Made by a program: the position numbers and the translations under genes | Shown: positions 49,554-59,565 of the stretch, piece after piece | Numbering within the stretch: position 1 is the first letter of the stretch | Layout: each line of letters begins with the position of its first letter | Notes under the pieces: model-generated | Databases searched by the model: none | What the model was told of the DNA's origin: nothing | What the model saw: only the letters and a program-made list of their open reading frames with translations | Source of the DNA: Promethearchaeati archaeon | Lineage (GTDB): Archaea; Asgardarchaeota; Heimdallarchaeia; Heimdallarchaeales; Heimdallarchaeaceae | NCBI GenBank assembly: GCA_013166775.1 | Contig: JABLTJ010000014.1 | Coordinates: forward strand, 32,001 to 96,000 | Direction of reading: 5' to 3' | Length of the DNA stretch: 64,000 nucleotides

Positions 49554-51068
49554 TCAAGAATTATTATTCTTTTTCCAGATGTAATCTGAACCTATTTTTG
49601 TTATTCTTCCCTTAATAACTAGGTGTTCTAAAACAGAAAGAACAATTCTTTTCATGTAAAATCTCCATTCAACTGTATCTTTAGTTGTAATAATATCAGT
49701 TAGAGAGTCAATTTCTGATATTCCTTGTTTAAGAGCTTCTGTTAGTTTCTTTTTAATTTTCTTTATTCTCTGTTTGTTTGAAGAAAGAGTCTTATTTGCA
49801 TCTGTAATAATATACCCATGTCCTGAAAGGATAAAATTTGCATTTAATTTCTTCATTTTCTTTAAACTTGATAGAAATTCAGAATATGATTCAGGATAAG
49901 AAGCATTAGTAGTTGTTAAGCCTTTATGCAAAGAAATTCCTGAAAATAATAATCCTCTAGAATCCCATAATCCTATTGATCCTTCAGAACTTCCAGGGAG
50001 ATCAATTGTTTCCAGATTCCAGCTCTCTTTGTTTAATTCTGGATTGGATCCTAGATGAATTTTAGTCCCTTCTTCTAGTATTGAATGAAAATCAAAACCT
50101 TCTTGTTCTAGTATCTTAGCATTCTTTACTGAAGTGAACATGGGTAAACCAAAAGTATCTTTAAAATAAAGTGCTTGATTACAATGATCCGGAAAAGGAT
50201 TTGTTATTAGAATACCTTCCATTGTATCTTCGTTTTTTTCTATAAAAATATTCAAATCTTTAGTTGCTTCAAATTCATTAGATCCAGGATCAATTATGTA
50301 TTTTTTCTCGTTCCCAATTACATAAATATTTGTTGTGTTATATGGAGGGAGTGCTGGTGAAGGAGTAGAAAATCTCCAAGTATATGGGAAAAGTTGAAAG
50401 CTAATCCTTGGAGATACTCCTTTCTTTTGTTCCATTTCTCTTGCAGCTTCAAATGGTTTCTTGTATTCTTTGGTAATCTTCTTTGTAAGAATTGCAATAG
50501 AAGGACTAAATAGTTTATCTAGATTGTGATACTGTTTTTGAATCTCCTCAGCTTCAAACCATTTTGCTTTCTCTTCCATTAATAAACCTGGATAAACAGA
50601 AACACTTGAAGTTCTTTTCAATTTCATATTTCTAAATTTAGAATCAGAAGGAGTAATGAAAAGAAAGTAATTTGTGTTGAAGGTATTTTCCCCACTTTGT
50701 AATCTCTGAAATCCACAAGGAACCATTGAATGAAACCAAACATTTAGAATCTCTGGTTCAATTATACTTATTAAATCATGTTCGTTATCGTGGGTTTTCA
50801 AATCGATTATTTTCTTTATATTAAAGAGATTTCTTTCAAAAACTAACCTTAAAGCAGTTAGACGGTTTAACATATCAGGAGCCATGTCACCAAATTCACC
50901 TCTGAGTACAGAACAAAGTTCTTCATCTTTAGGAGTTACTAAACTTCCAATAGGAGACCATGAAGTGGGAAGAAAAGGCAATTCAGGACCTTTCTTAGTT
51001 AAATAGAAATGGCTTTTTCCACCTTTTATTCTGAAGAATATTACAACAACAGTTCTATAATCTGACAT
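49554..51068 (-). CDS. Nudix-like plus metallo-beta-lactamase (LACTB2-like) fusion, degenerate
   Basis: LPPYNTTNIYVIG, IIDPG and ILSGHG motifs, but NPFPDH replaces HxHxDH. Start ATG 51068 (the track extension overlaps guaB). Confidence 0.75.
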   Translation of the reverse strand: MSDYRTVVVIFFRIKGGKSHFYLTKKGPELPFLPTSWSPIGSLVTPKDEELCSVLRGEFGDMAPDMLNRLTALRLVFERNLFNIKKIIDLKTHDNEHDLISIIEPEILNVWFHSMVPCGFQRLQSGENTFNTNYFLFITPSDSKFRNMKLKRTSSVSVYPGLLMEEKAKWFEAEEIQKQYHNLDKLFSPSIAILTKKITKEYKKPFEAAREMEQKKGVSPRISFQLFPYTWRFSTPSPALPPYNTTNIYVIGNEKKYIIDPGSNEFEATKDLNIFIEKNEDTMEGILITNPFPDHCNQALYFKDTFGLPMFTSVKNAKILEQEGFDFHSILEEGTKIHLGSNPELNKESWNLETIDLPGSSEGSIGLWDSRGLLFSGISLHKGLTTTNASYPESYSEFLSSLKKMKKLNANFILSGHGYIITDANKTLSSNKQRIKKIKKKLTEALKQGISEIDSLTDIITTKDTVEWRFYMKRIVLSVLEHLVIKGRITKIGSDYIWKKNNNS

Positions 51069-51138
51069 GGGTCTGTGATAAAACAATAATGCTTCTATAT
51101 AACTTCTTTCACTCAAAGTTAGTGAAACTATTATGCAA

Positions 51139-52566
51139 CTAAATAAGTTCAACATCATGACTAGTTGATTCTCTTCTACCAGCTGAGGTAATTCGGATAA
51201 ATTCAGCTTTTTCTTGCATCTCTTTGATACTTGCAGAACCACAATAAGACATTCCAGAGCGTAATCCACCAACTAATTGGTTAAGAACCTCTGAAGTATT
51301 TCCTCTATAAGGAACCATAGCTTCAACTCCTTCAGGTACTATGGAACCAAGATCCATTTCATCAAAAGAACCTTTCTTCTCTCTTTCTTCACGACCAAGA
51401 GTTGCGAAAGTAGAAGCCATTCCTCGTACAACTTTGAATCGCCTTCCTTGGCGGAGAATTGAGGTTCCAGGACTCTCTTCTGTACCAGCTAAAAGACCGC
51501 CAATCATGACAGTAGAGGCACCTACAGCAATTGCTTTTGCAATATCTCCAGAATTTCTAATTCCCCCATCTGCAATTAAAGGAACTCCATGATCTTTGGA
51601 AACGGAAAGAGAGTCTTCTATAGCAGTTAATTGCGGAACACCACAACCAGTAACGATTCTTGTAATACAAATACTTCCAGGACCTACACCTACCTTAATT
51701 CCGTCTGCACCTGCGTTAATTAGATCCTTTGTCCCTTCTATTGTTGCAACATTTCCAGCAATGAGTTCAATGTTACCAAAATTCTTTCTTATTTCCTTCA
51801 TTGCATTTATTCCCAAATCACTGTGACCGTGGGCAATATCTAGAACTAGAACATCTGCATCAACATTAATCAATTCCTCAGCCCTTCGAAGATAATCTCC
51901 ACGGACTCCAATTGCTGCTCCCACAAGAAGACGACCTTTAGCATCTTTTGATGCGTTGGGAAGTATTTTGCTTTTGATAATATCTTTTGAAGTTATTAAA
52001 CCTTTTAGATTTTTATTCTCATCTACGAGAGGAAGTTTTTCTATTCTATTCTTCTGAAGAATCTTCTCAGCTTCTTCGATTGTTGTTCTAGGACTTGCAG
52101 TAATCAAATCAGTTGACATAAGTTCGGAGATTTTTTTTATTCCATCCTCCTCAAACATGAGATCTCTATTCGTCAATATTCCAACTAGTTTGTTTCCATT
52201 TTCGGTGACGAGAATGCCTGAAATACCTTTTTCCTTAATGAGATTTCTAGCATCTTCGATTGTGTGAGAAGGAGATAAACAGTATGGATGATCTATCCTG
52301 AACATTTCAGATCGCTTAACTTTGGTTACTTCACTTACCTGATCTTCAACGGTCAGGAAACGATGAATAATCCCTATTCCTCCTTCTTGAGCCATAACTA
52401 TAGCCATGTTGCTTTCAGTTACAGTATCCATGTTAGATGAGACTATAGGTATGTTTAGTTTAATATTCCTTGAAAGATAAGTAGATGTATCTATATCCTT
52501 TCTTGAGGAAACCGATGATCTCTTAGGGACAAGAAGTACGTCATCAAAAGTGATTCCTTCACGCAT
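51139..52566 (-). CDS. guaB: IMP dehydrogenase with CBS pair
   Basis: [44 protein letters not shown]. Confidence 0.93.
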   Translation of the reverse strand: MREGITFDDVLLVPKRSSVSSRKDIDTSTYLSRNIKLNIPIVSSNMDTVTESNMAIVMAQEGGIGIIHRFLTVEDQVSEVTKVKRSEMFRIDHPYCLSPSHTIEDARNLIKEKGISGILVTENGNKLVGILTNRDLMFEEDGIKKISELMSTDLITASPRTTIEEAEKILQKNRIEKLPLVDENKNLKGLITSKDIIKSKILPNASKDAKGRLLVGAAIGVRGDYLRRAEELINVDADVLVLDIAHGHSDLGINAMKEIRKNFGNIELIAGNVATIEGTKDLINAGADGIKVGVGPGSICITRIVTGCGVPQLTAIEDSLSVSKDHGVPLIADGGIRNSGDIAKAIAVGASTVMIGGLLAGTEESPGTSILRQGRRFKVVRGMASTFATLGREEREKKGSFDEMDLGSIVPEGVEAMVPYRGNTSEVLNQLVGGLRSGMSYCGSASIKEMQEKAEFIRITSAGRRESTSHDVELI

Positions 52567-52736
52567 TTGAACCAATCCAACATTACAGATTTTATTCATT
52601 TAAAAATCTTGTTTACCTTTACTTCAAAACATAGTTCTTTTGCAGTATAATGAAAATCTAATTTGAAATCTGTAAATAATTGCATAAAAATCATTGCAAG
52701 GATATACTTATATTTCGCACATTCTTCTTTAGAATT

Positions 52737-53636
52737 ATGATTCGCATAGTAACAGATAGTGCTTCAGACATTCCTTGGGATTTTGCAAAGGAAAACAAGA
52801 TCAAAGTTGTTTCTTTGTATGTAATGGTTCATGATGAAGTGTTAGTGGAAGATGAAAATTTCAATCGAGAGAGCTACTATAAACTCTTCGAGGATGAAAA
52901 AGCTTTCTTTAATATTCCAAAACTAAATCTCTATTCATTTGTGCCCAAAACATCTCAACCAAATCCACAGGATTTCACAAAAGCTTATCTTGAGCTGATA
53001 GAAGAAGGAATTAAAGAAATAATCGTTATTAACGTAACAGCGGGATTAAGTGGAACAATAAATAGCTCAAATTTAGCTGCAAAACAGATAATGAGAAAGA
53101 ATAAGGATGTAAAGATTCATATAATTGATGCAAAATCAGCTTCTTATCCTGAAGTTTTACTAATTAGAATAGCTCTAAAATTAATAAAGAAAGGATATAA
53201 TGGAGAGAAGATTGCAGAGATTCTTCGAGAACAAGCAATTAAAATTAAGACAGTTATTCTCTTACCCACGTTGAGATATCTCTGGAAAGGAGGAAGATTG
53301 GGAACTTCAAAATTCGTATTAGGATCGATGCTAAGAAAGAAACCAATTGTCACAATGACTGAAGAAGGAAATGTAATAACTGTAGGATCAGCTAGTGATG
53401 TAGAAAGTGGATTAAAAGAATCTTTACGATTGAGTACTGATGATTATACAAAAGAACCAAAAGCAATTACTATTGTCTATGGTAGTAGTTTAGAATACGC
53501 AAACCTATGTTCAGAAATAATCAAAGAAAAATATCCAAAGATGCCTATAGAAATTGCTCAAAGTGGAGGTTCAGTCTTATCTCATCTTGGACCTGAATCT
53601 ATTGGTGTAATTTCAGATTTTACTGATGAATTCTAA
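52737..53636 (+). CDS. DegV family (FakB-like) fatty acid-binding protein
   Basis: IVTDSASD, KTSQP, LSGT, KGGR, SHLGP; start ATG 52737. Confidence 0.92.
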   Translation: MIRIVTDSASDIPWDFAKENKIKVVSLYVMVHDEVLVEDENFNRESYYKLFEDEKAFFNIPKLNLYSFVPKTSQPNPQDFTKAYLELIEEGIKEIIVINVTAGLSGTINSSNLAAKQIMRKNKDVKIHIIDAKSASYPEVLLIRIALKLIKKGYNGEKIAEILREQAIKIKTVILLPTLRYLWKGGRLGTSKFVLGSMLRKKPIVTMTEEGNVITVGSASDVESGLKESLRLSTDDYTKEPKAITIVYGSSLEYANLCSEIIKEKYPKMPIEIAQSGGSVLSHLGPESIGVISDFTDEF

Positions 53637-53741
53637 ATAAAAATCTCTAGCATATTTAACATTTTCTTCTATTATTTCGCTTTTTTCTTTTTTGAATGAG
53701 TAAAACTAAAATATTGCTTTGTAATATATTATTCGTTAATA

Positions 53742-54764
53742 ATGAAAAGAGTAGGTTTACCTCGAGCACTAATTCACTATAAGTTTTCTGAATTATGGAT
53801 ACCATTCTTTAAGGAACTTGGTGCTGAGGTAGTTATCTCACCTTTAACAACAAAGAAAATAAAAGATATTGCAGTTAGGTCAGCACCAGATGAAGATTGC
53901 TATTCAACTAAACTTTATTTTGGTCATGCTTTGGTTCTAAAAGATAAAGTAGATTATTTATTCATTCCACGTTATGGGGGTTACCATAAAAATAAGGTTG
54001 GGTGTCCTAAGTTTATTGGTTTAGCAGAAGTCTTAAAATCAATGATTCCTAATTTACCTCCTATTATTATGCCTCATTTTAATCGAGCGAAAGGTGGAGA
54101 TCCAAGAAGAATTTTACTAAAACGTGCTTTTGAGGTTGGATTAATATTCACAAAGAATCCTTTCAAGATTTTTCGAGCGATTAAAAAAGCTTTCAAGGCT
54201 TTTAAGGAACACAAAAGAATTTTAATTATTGATGAAGAAACTCTTCATAAATGGGAGCTTTCAGAAATAATCCTAAATGATTTTCCTTTATACAAGGATA
54301 ATGAAAGACAGCTTAAGATAGCTTTGGTTGGGCATTCTTATGTTCTGAATGACCCATATTCCTCACTAGACATAAGATCGATTCTTAAAAACCACGGTAT
54401 AGATATTATTACTTCTGAACAAATGCCAAGAAGATTGATTGAAGAACAAATGGGAAAATTAGAGAGCGATCTTTATTTTGAATATGAGAGAGAAATTCTT
54501 GGGACAATAATGTATTTTCTTGAAAACAAAACTGTTGACGGAATTGTACATCTTATGATATTCAGTTGTGGTCCTGATTCTATTGCAGGTGAACTTGCTG
54601 CAAGATTATCCAAAAGACATCCTACTATTCCTCTCTTACAATTGGTATTTGATGAGTTGACAGGAGAAGCTGGAATGAGAACAAGAATAGAAGCGTTTGT
54701 TGATATGTTAAGAAGAAGTGAAGCAGAGCAAGCTATTCTTCTAACAACAAAAATTCACATCTAA
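53742..54764 (+). CDS. Acyl-CoA dehydratase activase-related protein (DUF2229 plus HgdD-like C-terminus)
   Basis: VGLPRAL, CYSTKLYFGH, CPKFIGL, FSCGPD, DELTGEAGMRTRIEAF. Confidence 0.88.
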   Translation: MKRVGLPRALIHYKFSELWIPFFKELGAEVVISPLTTKKIKDIAVRSAPDEDCYSTKLYFGHALVLKDKVDYLFIPRYGGYHKNKVGCPKFIGLAEVLKSMIPNLPPIIMPHFNRAKGGDPRRILLKRAFEVGLIFTKNPFKIFRAIKKAFKAFKEHKRILIIDEETLHKWELSEIILNDFPLYKDNERQLKIALVGHSYVLNDPYSSLDIRSILKNHGIDIITSEQMPRRLIEEQMGKLESDLYFEYEREILGTIMYFLENKTVDGIVHLMIFSCGPDSIAGELAARLSKRHPTIPLLQLVFDELTGEAGMRTRIEAFVDMLRRSEAEQAILLTTKIHI

Positions 54765-54779
54765 AGGAGCAAAAAAGAA

Positions 54780-55868
54780 ATGTCACTTTCCTTTCCATAT
54801 CTGGGAACCTTTAGTTACGTAGTAGAAGCAATAGCGAAAGGAATGAACAGAAAGGATATTATTCTTCCACATGAACCTACATACAAAACCAAGCAACTAG
54901 GTTCTCGTCATGCTTCAGAGTTTGTATGTACTCCATTCAAAATGCTTCTTGGATCATTGATTGAGGTATTAGATCGAGGAGCATATCAGATAATTTTTAC
55001 TTTGTTTGTAGATTTTTGTAGATTAGGTTACTATTCTCCACTTTTCAAGTTAATTTTAGACGATCTTGGATATGATTTTGAATTAATTGATCTAGATTGG
55101 CAGAACAAACCTGAATTCTTTAGAAATTTCAAAAAATTGACAGGAGATTTGAGTGCTTGGCAAGCTTTTCAAGCATTTCGAGTTGGTTGGATAAAGAATA
55201 GATATATCGACTATACAGAAGAATTACAATTTAGTTATGGGGCAATTGAAGTAAACAAAGGATCAACAAGAAGAGTAGCAAAAAAAGCATTTAGACTAAT
55301 TGTAGAGACAGAAAGAATGAGCAATATCAGAAAACTCCCTGATGTTGTTAAAAAAATGTTTGAAAATGAAGTTGAAATTGATAAAAAAGCAAATCCACTC
55401 AAAATAGGAGTAGTAGGAGAATTATATGCAGTTGTTGAACCTGCAATAAATCTTCACATCATGAAACGTTTGAATGATCTTGGTGTAATCACCTATACCC
55501 CAATCACTTTTACTCGATGGATAGATTTGGGAAAAAGATTGAACTTCTTCAAGAAACATCATCATAAAGAAGCAGTAAAGAGAGCAAAACCTTACTTAGA
55601 ATATCGTCTTGGAGGAAAAGCACAAGAATCTATTGGGAGTGCAATTTTGTATAAGGAAGAGGGATGGGATGGAATGATACACCTATATCCATTTACTTGC
55701 ATGCCAGAAATCATCTCAAGGAGTATACTACCACAGGTTAGTAAGGAATATGATTTTCCTATTCTATCTCTTGTATTAGATGAACACACTGGTGAAGCTG
55801 GTTTACAAACAAGATTAGAAGCTTATGTTGATTTACTTGATCGAAAGAGAAGAGGAGATTTTAAATAA
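54780..55868 (+). CDS. 2-hydroxyacyl-CoA dehydratase/reductase-like subunit (COG3581-type)
   Basis: CTPFK, CRLGYY, KIGVVGELY, PFTCMPE, DEHTGEAGLQTRLEAY. Confidence 0.88.
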   Translation: MSLSFPYLGTFSYVVEAIAKGMNRKDIILPHEPTYKTKQLGSRHASEFVCTPFKMLLGSLIEVLDRGAYQIIFTLFVDFCRLGYYSPLFKLILDDLGYDFELIDLDWQNKPEFFRNFKKLTGDLSAWQAFQAFRVGWIKNRYIDYTEELQFSYGAIEVNKGSTRRVAKKAFRLIVETERMSNIRKLPDVVKKMFENEVEIDKKANPLKIGVVGELYAVVEPAINLHIMKRLNDLGVITYTPITFTRWIDLGKRLNFFKKHHHKEAVKRAKPYLEYRLGGKAQESIGSAILYKEEGWDGMIHLYPFTCMPEIISRSILPQVSKEYDFPILSLVLDEHTGEAGLQTRLEAYVDLLDRKRRGDFK

Positions 55869-55889
55869 AAAGAAGAATGAGGTTATGAA

Positions 55890-56870
55890 ATGACTCAAAG
55901 TGTAGAAAGGTATTATTTGGGAGTAGATGTTGGTTCCATCAGCACAAATTTAGCAGTGATTGATCAATCAAAAGAATTAATAGATTCAGTCTATTTAAGA
56001 ACAGAGGGTAGGCCTGTAAATTCTGTGCAAAAAGGAATAAAGTTAATGAGAGATAAAATTGGAGAGGATCTCGATATTTCTGGAGCAGGATCAACAGGAA
56101 GTGCTAGAAAATTGACCGGAGTAATTGTAGGAGCTGATATAGTAAAGAACGAAATTACCGCTCATGCGTTAGCTTCTTTGCATTACAACCCAGATATTCA
56201 GACAGTTATGGAAATAGGGGGGCAAGATAGCAAAATAATAATCATTAGGAATAGCATTGTTGTAGATTTCGCGATGAATACTGTTTGTGCAGCTGGGACA
56301 GGTTCATTCTTAGATATGCAAGCAAGTAGATTGGATATTCCAATTGAGAATTTTGGAAGACTGGCATTAAAATCAGAAAATGCTGTTTCTATAGCTGGAA
56401 GATGTACTGTATTTGCTGAAAGTGATATGATTCATAAGCAACAACTAGGTCATCCAACAGAAGATATCATCAAAGGTTTATGCGAAGCACTTGCACGAAA
56501 TTATCTAAATAATGTTGGAAAAGGAAAGGATATCAAACCACCAATCATGTTTCAAGGTGGAGTTGCTGCAAATGCTGGTATGCGAGAAGCTTTCGAAAAA
56601 TATTTGGAAAAAGAGATTCTAATTCCTGAATATTATGATGTAATGGGAGCTATCGGGGCAGCAATTCTTGCACAGGAAGATAAAGAAAGAAAGAAAAAAC
56701 ATACAGATTCAAAATTCTTTGGATGGGACATTCCAGATATGAAGTTTAATACAACAGGATTTGAGTGTGATGGTTGCCCTAATATCTGCGAAATTGTTGA
56801 GATTCGTAAAAATGAGGAGTTAATTGCTAGATGGGGGAGTAGATGTGGAAAATGGGATGTAGCAGATTAG
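55890..56870 (+). CDS. ATP-dependent [4Fe-4S] activase (BadF/BadG/BcrA/BcrD, HgdC-like)
   Basis: GVDVGS, NEITAH, EIGGQDSK, CAAGTGSF, CTVFAES, QGGVA; C-terminal CDGCPNIC...GSRC. Confidence 0.93.
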   Translation: MTQSVERYYLGVDVGSISTNLAVIDQSKELIDSVYLRTEGRPVNSVQKGIKLMRDKIGEDLDISGAGSTGSARKLTGVIVGADIVKNEITAHALASLHYNPDIQTVMEIGGQDSKIIIIRNSIVVDFAMNTVCAAGTGSFLDMQASRLDIPIENFGRLALKSENAVSIAGRCTVFAESDMIHKQQLGHPTEDIIKGLCEALARNYLNNVGKGKDIKPPIMFQGGVAANAGMREAFEKYLEKEILIPEYYDVMGAIGAAILAQEDKERKKKHTDSKFFGWDIPDMKFNTTGFECDGCPNICEIVEIRKNEELIARWGSRCGKWDVAD

Positions 56871-56928
56871 TTTCAATTTTCATAATATTAAAAAAGATAA
56901 GTAGAAAATTATCTTTTCTAGTTCTTTT

Positions 56929-57537
56929 CTACTCTTGAGATTGTAACATTTTCTGAGGATTCCACATCCAAATTTTAAGCAACCATATTGCAGCGATAAT
57001 TCCAACTAATACTAAACCAAATGCTAAGGCATAAGATTGAGCAAAGGCTACCAGCCATGCAGATTCCCATCCAGGAGCAAAATGCATGGCAAGCCAAGGA
57101 ACTTTAATTAAAGATACAAGTATGGCAATTTCGACGCAGAGTAAAGCATCGACTATTAAGCCGAAACCCCAGAATTTTCCTGTGGATAGAAGTTTTTTCA
57201 TTGGTTGTGTTCGCAAAGCCATAGGAAAGTCGCATTTCATTACTGATTGAGCAAAAGGACAAATTTCTGGTAACACTGTTACTTAACCAATTTTGATTCC
57301 ATTATAACCAAAATGAGCAGCAAAGAAAGCTACTGGACCAGCAGCGATTAAATTCAAGGCAAAGTTACTAGCTAAATGCTCTGTACCATAAACTATGATA
57401 GCCATGATAAGAGACATAGGTACAGCGATTAAAACAGTCATGATGATACTAATCCACCAATGCCTGTATTTTGGATTAAGTCTCATTCCAATGAAAGGAC
57501 TTTTTGTTAATTCAAATCTTGCTTGTGAAACTGTCAT
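56929..57537 (-). pseudogene. Membrane protein (possibly DUF2798-like repeats) interrupted by an in-frame TAA at 57283-57285
   Basis: The two track ORFs share one frame: ...GIKIG-TAA-VTVLPEIC... Confidence 0.6.
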
Positions 57538-57743
57538 TTTTTTTCACCTTTTAGTTGAATTGATTATAGAAGAAAGAAAAGAAATAGAACCTTTGAGAGT
57601 AAAATTTTTTTCCTAAGCCAAGTCTTCATTTTCATCAAATCTTTAGTTAGCGTTATATGCTATCCCTGAATCATGTAAATTGCTTTATAAACTCGGAGAA
57701 AAAAGGAAAATAGATATTAGAAGGATTTTATTAGTTCTAGAGC

Positions 57744-58838
57744 TCATCTCCAGTCAAAATAAAATGATTCGATTTCCTCAGGTATTGGAATATTTTTTAA
57801 GTTAAATAAATCTAAATTGACTTTGTTTTCAAAAAAGAAGAATTTAGCCTTTTTCAAAGGTTTCATATCAAAGTAAGGAATGTAAGGTGTCTGTAAACCA
57901 AACCATCCCTTTTCTTTTGATTTCTGACACAGATAATTTGATAAATTAGTAGCTTCTTTTACATTCAACCTATGAATATGAACCATATCGAGCCAGCCAT
58001 AGGGAATCTTATTTCCAAGTCCTGCAAGGAGAAATTCCCAAGCTAATATAAAACCTTGAACCTTTCCATTTTTGTCTTCATGTACAACACAAACTACATG
58101 TGGATTTTCCAACATCCATTTTAAATCATCAAGTTCGGGAACTATAGATAATTGATTTCGTTCTACTTGCTCTTGGATAATCTCATATATGTCAGGTATG
58201 TCTTTCTCTTGAAAAGCTCTTATCTGTTTTGAATCAATGATTTTATACTTTTGAAAGAACTTGAAAACTAGTTTTTCGTACCATCTTAGTCTGACTACTT
58301 TAGATACAGTATTTACATCAAAAGCTTTGATAACAAATTTGTTCAGAGTAACTACTCTTTGGAAAGGTAAATTCATCTCCCTGGATACGGAAGTAGAGAC
58401 ATCGACACCATGTTGATCTGGCTCGTGGAAAGAGAAACCTCCATGATAATCACTTGATATTCCAATTTCCCATAGCTTTAAACCCATCCTTTTAGCAAGA
58501 CCTTTTCTCTGATGATCAGAATGTACACACAACCAAGACGGAATAGCAAAATTGTAAACCTTCCCCATAATTGAGAGATTTCTAGGAATTGAGCCTAAGA
58601 ATCCAACCATTTTTCCTGTTGGCTTATGGATAGCTCTAATGAAAAGATCCTTGTCAACAGAAGGAGCGCCGTACATAATGTTGAAAGTATCTTCTGAAAA
58701 AGCAACTGTCGCACCTTCTTTTAAGGCATTTTCATCATTTACAAACGCTTGAGTAATTAATTTGGAGAATTCTTCAAATTTCTCTTTCTCAATAGTAAAT
58801 TGTTCAATGAGATAATCATCAGAGTTTTTACTTATCAA
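57744..58838 (-). CDS. Double-GNAT acyltransferase resembling N-myristoyltransferase
   Basis: KMVGFLGSIP..., WLCVHSDHQRKGLA, IRAFQEKDIP, EDKNGKVQGF; two GNAT halves. Confidence 0.75.
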   Translation of the reverse strand: MISKNSDDYLIEQFTIEKEKFEEFSKLITQAFVNDENALKEGATVAFSEDTFNIMYGAPSVDKDLFIRAIHKPTGKMVGFLGSIPRNLSIMGKVYNFAIPSWLCVHSDHQRKGLAKRMGLKLWEIGISSDYHGGFSFHEPDQHGVDVSTSVSREMNLPFQRVVTLNKFVIKAFDVNTVSKVVRLRWYEKLVFKFFQKYKIIDSKQIRAFQEKDIPDIYEIIQEQVERNQLSIVPELDDLKWMLENPHVVCVVHEDKNGKVQGFILAWEFLLAGLGNKIPYGWLDMVHIHRLNVKEATNLSNYLCQKSKEKGWFGLQTPYIPYFDMKPLKKAKFFFFENKVNLDLFNLKNIPIPEEIESFYFDWR

Positions 58839-58899
58839 AACATCACTTCTCTATTCAATGTTTGAATAATTTGCTGAATTATAAAGTTTTCATCTATAA

Positions 58900-59460
58900 T
58901 TACAACTGTCTACCTGATAAGAAAATTTCATCAATGAATGATGTTATTGATCTTCTTTCTTCGAAATTTAACTGCAGATCTGTTTTACTGATAGTAACTA
59001 ACTTGTTCCAGATATTACTTGTTTCACTTAAAATATTTGAAAATTCATCTAGTCTTTTTATAGCATGAAAGGATTTTCCTACAAAGAAATAACAGAAGAA
59101 CAAAGAGTCTAATTGCTTCATAATGTAAGAGTAATCATACAATTTACCACGTTTAACTATGTCAAAATCAGTTGTAATCTCAAGATTTTCTATGATGTAG
59201 GGATCTGTTTCTTCTCCTGACCCTGTAAAATTATAGTTAAGAAAATCTTCATTAGAACCAATTTCAATAGGTTCATGGGGTGCTAACTGCAGTAAAATAC
59301 TGATTTTAGATAGGTTAATTGTGGGAAAGAAATCATTAGTTTTTGGTTGATTATAATATTGAAAAGAATCTAAACTACTATCTTCGATTTGACAGCTATT
59401 CTGAGGTAAGATTGAAGAGATTGGTATCATTATAATTAGGAATATTAAAGCAATAATCAA
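58900..59460 (-). pseudogene. Truncated/chimeric paralog of the beta-helix surface protein
   Basis: Signal peptide and HEPIEI..GSGEETDPYIIENLEI, as in 44293, but no beta-helix repeats follow. Confidence 0.55.
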
Positions 59461-59565
59461 AACAAAAATCTTTGAAGTAATGACTTACTCCTGATGCTTA
59501 ACATTAATTTAAAGCTAAAGAAGTCTAATATAAAAGGGATGTGCTGAAATAAAAAGAAAGGGAGA

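Noticed and set aside
51069-51272. N-terminal extension of the 572-aa ORF
   Set aside because: It overlaps the 3' end of guaB; ATG 51068 is the plausible start.
52902-52936. Apparent ~11-aa insertion in DegV (AFFNIPKLNLY)
   Set aside because: In frame, with no flanking duplication or splice-like structure; cannot be distinguished from ordinary loop variation.
57283-57285. Stop-codon recoding (Sec/Pyl)
   Set aside because: The codon is TAA, which is used as a normal stop throughout the window.
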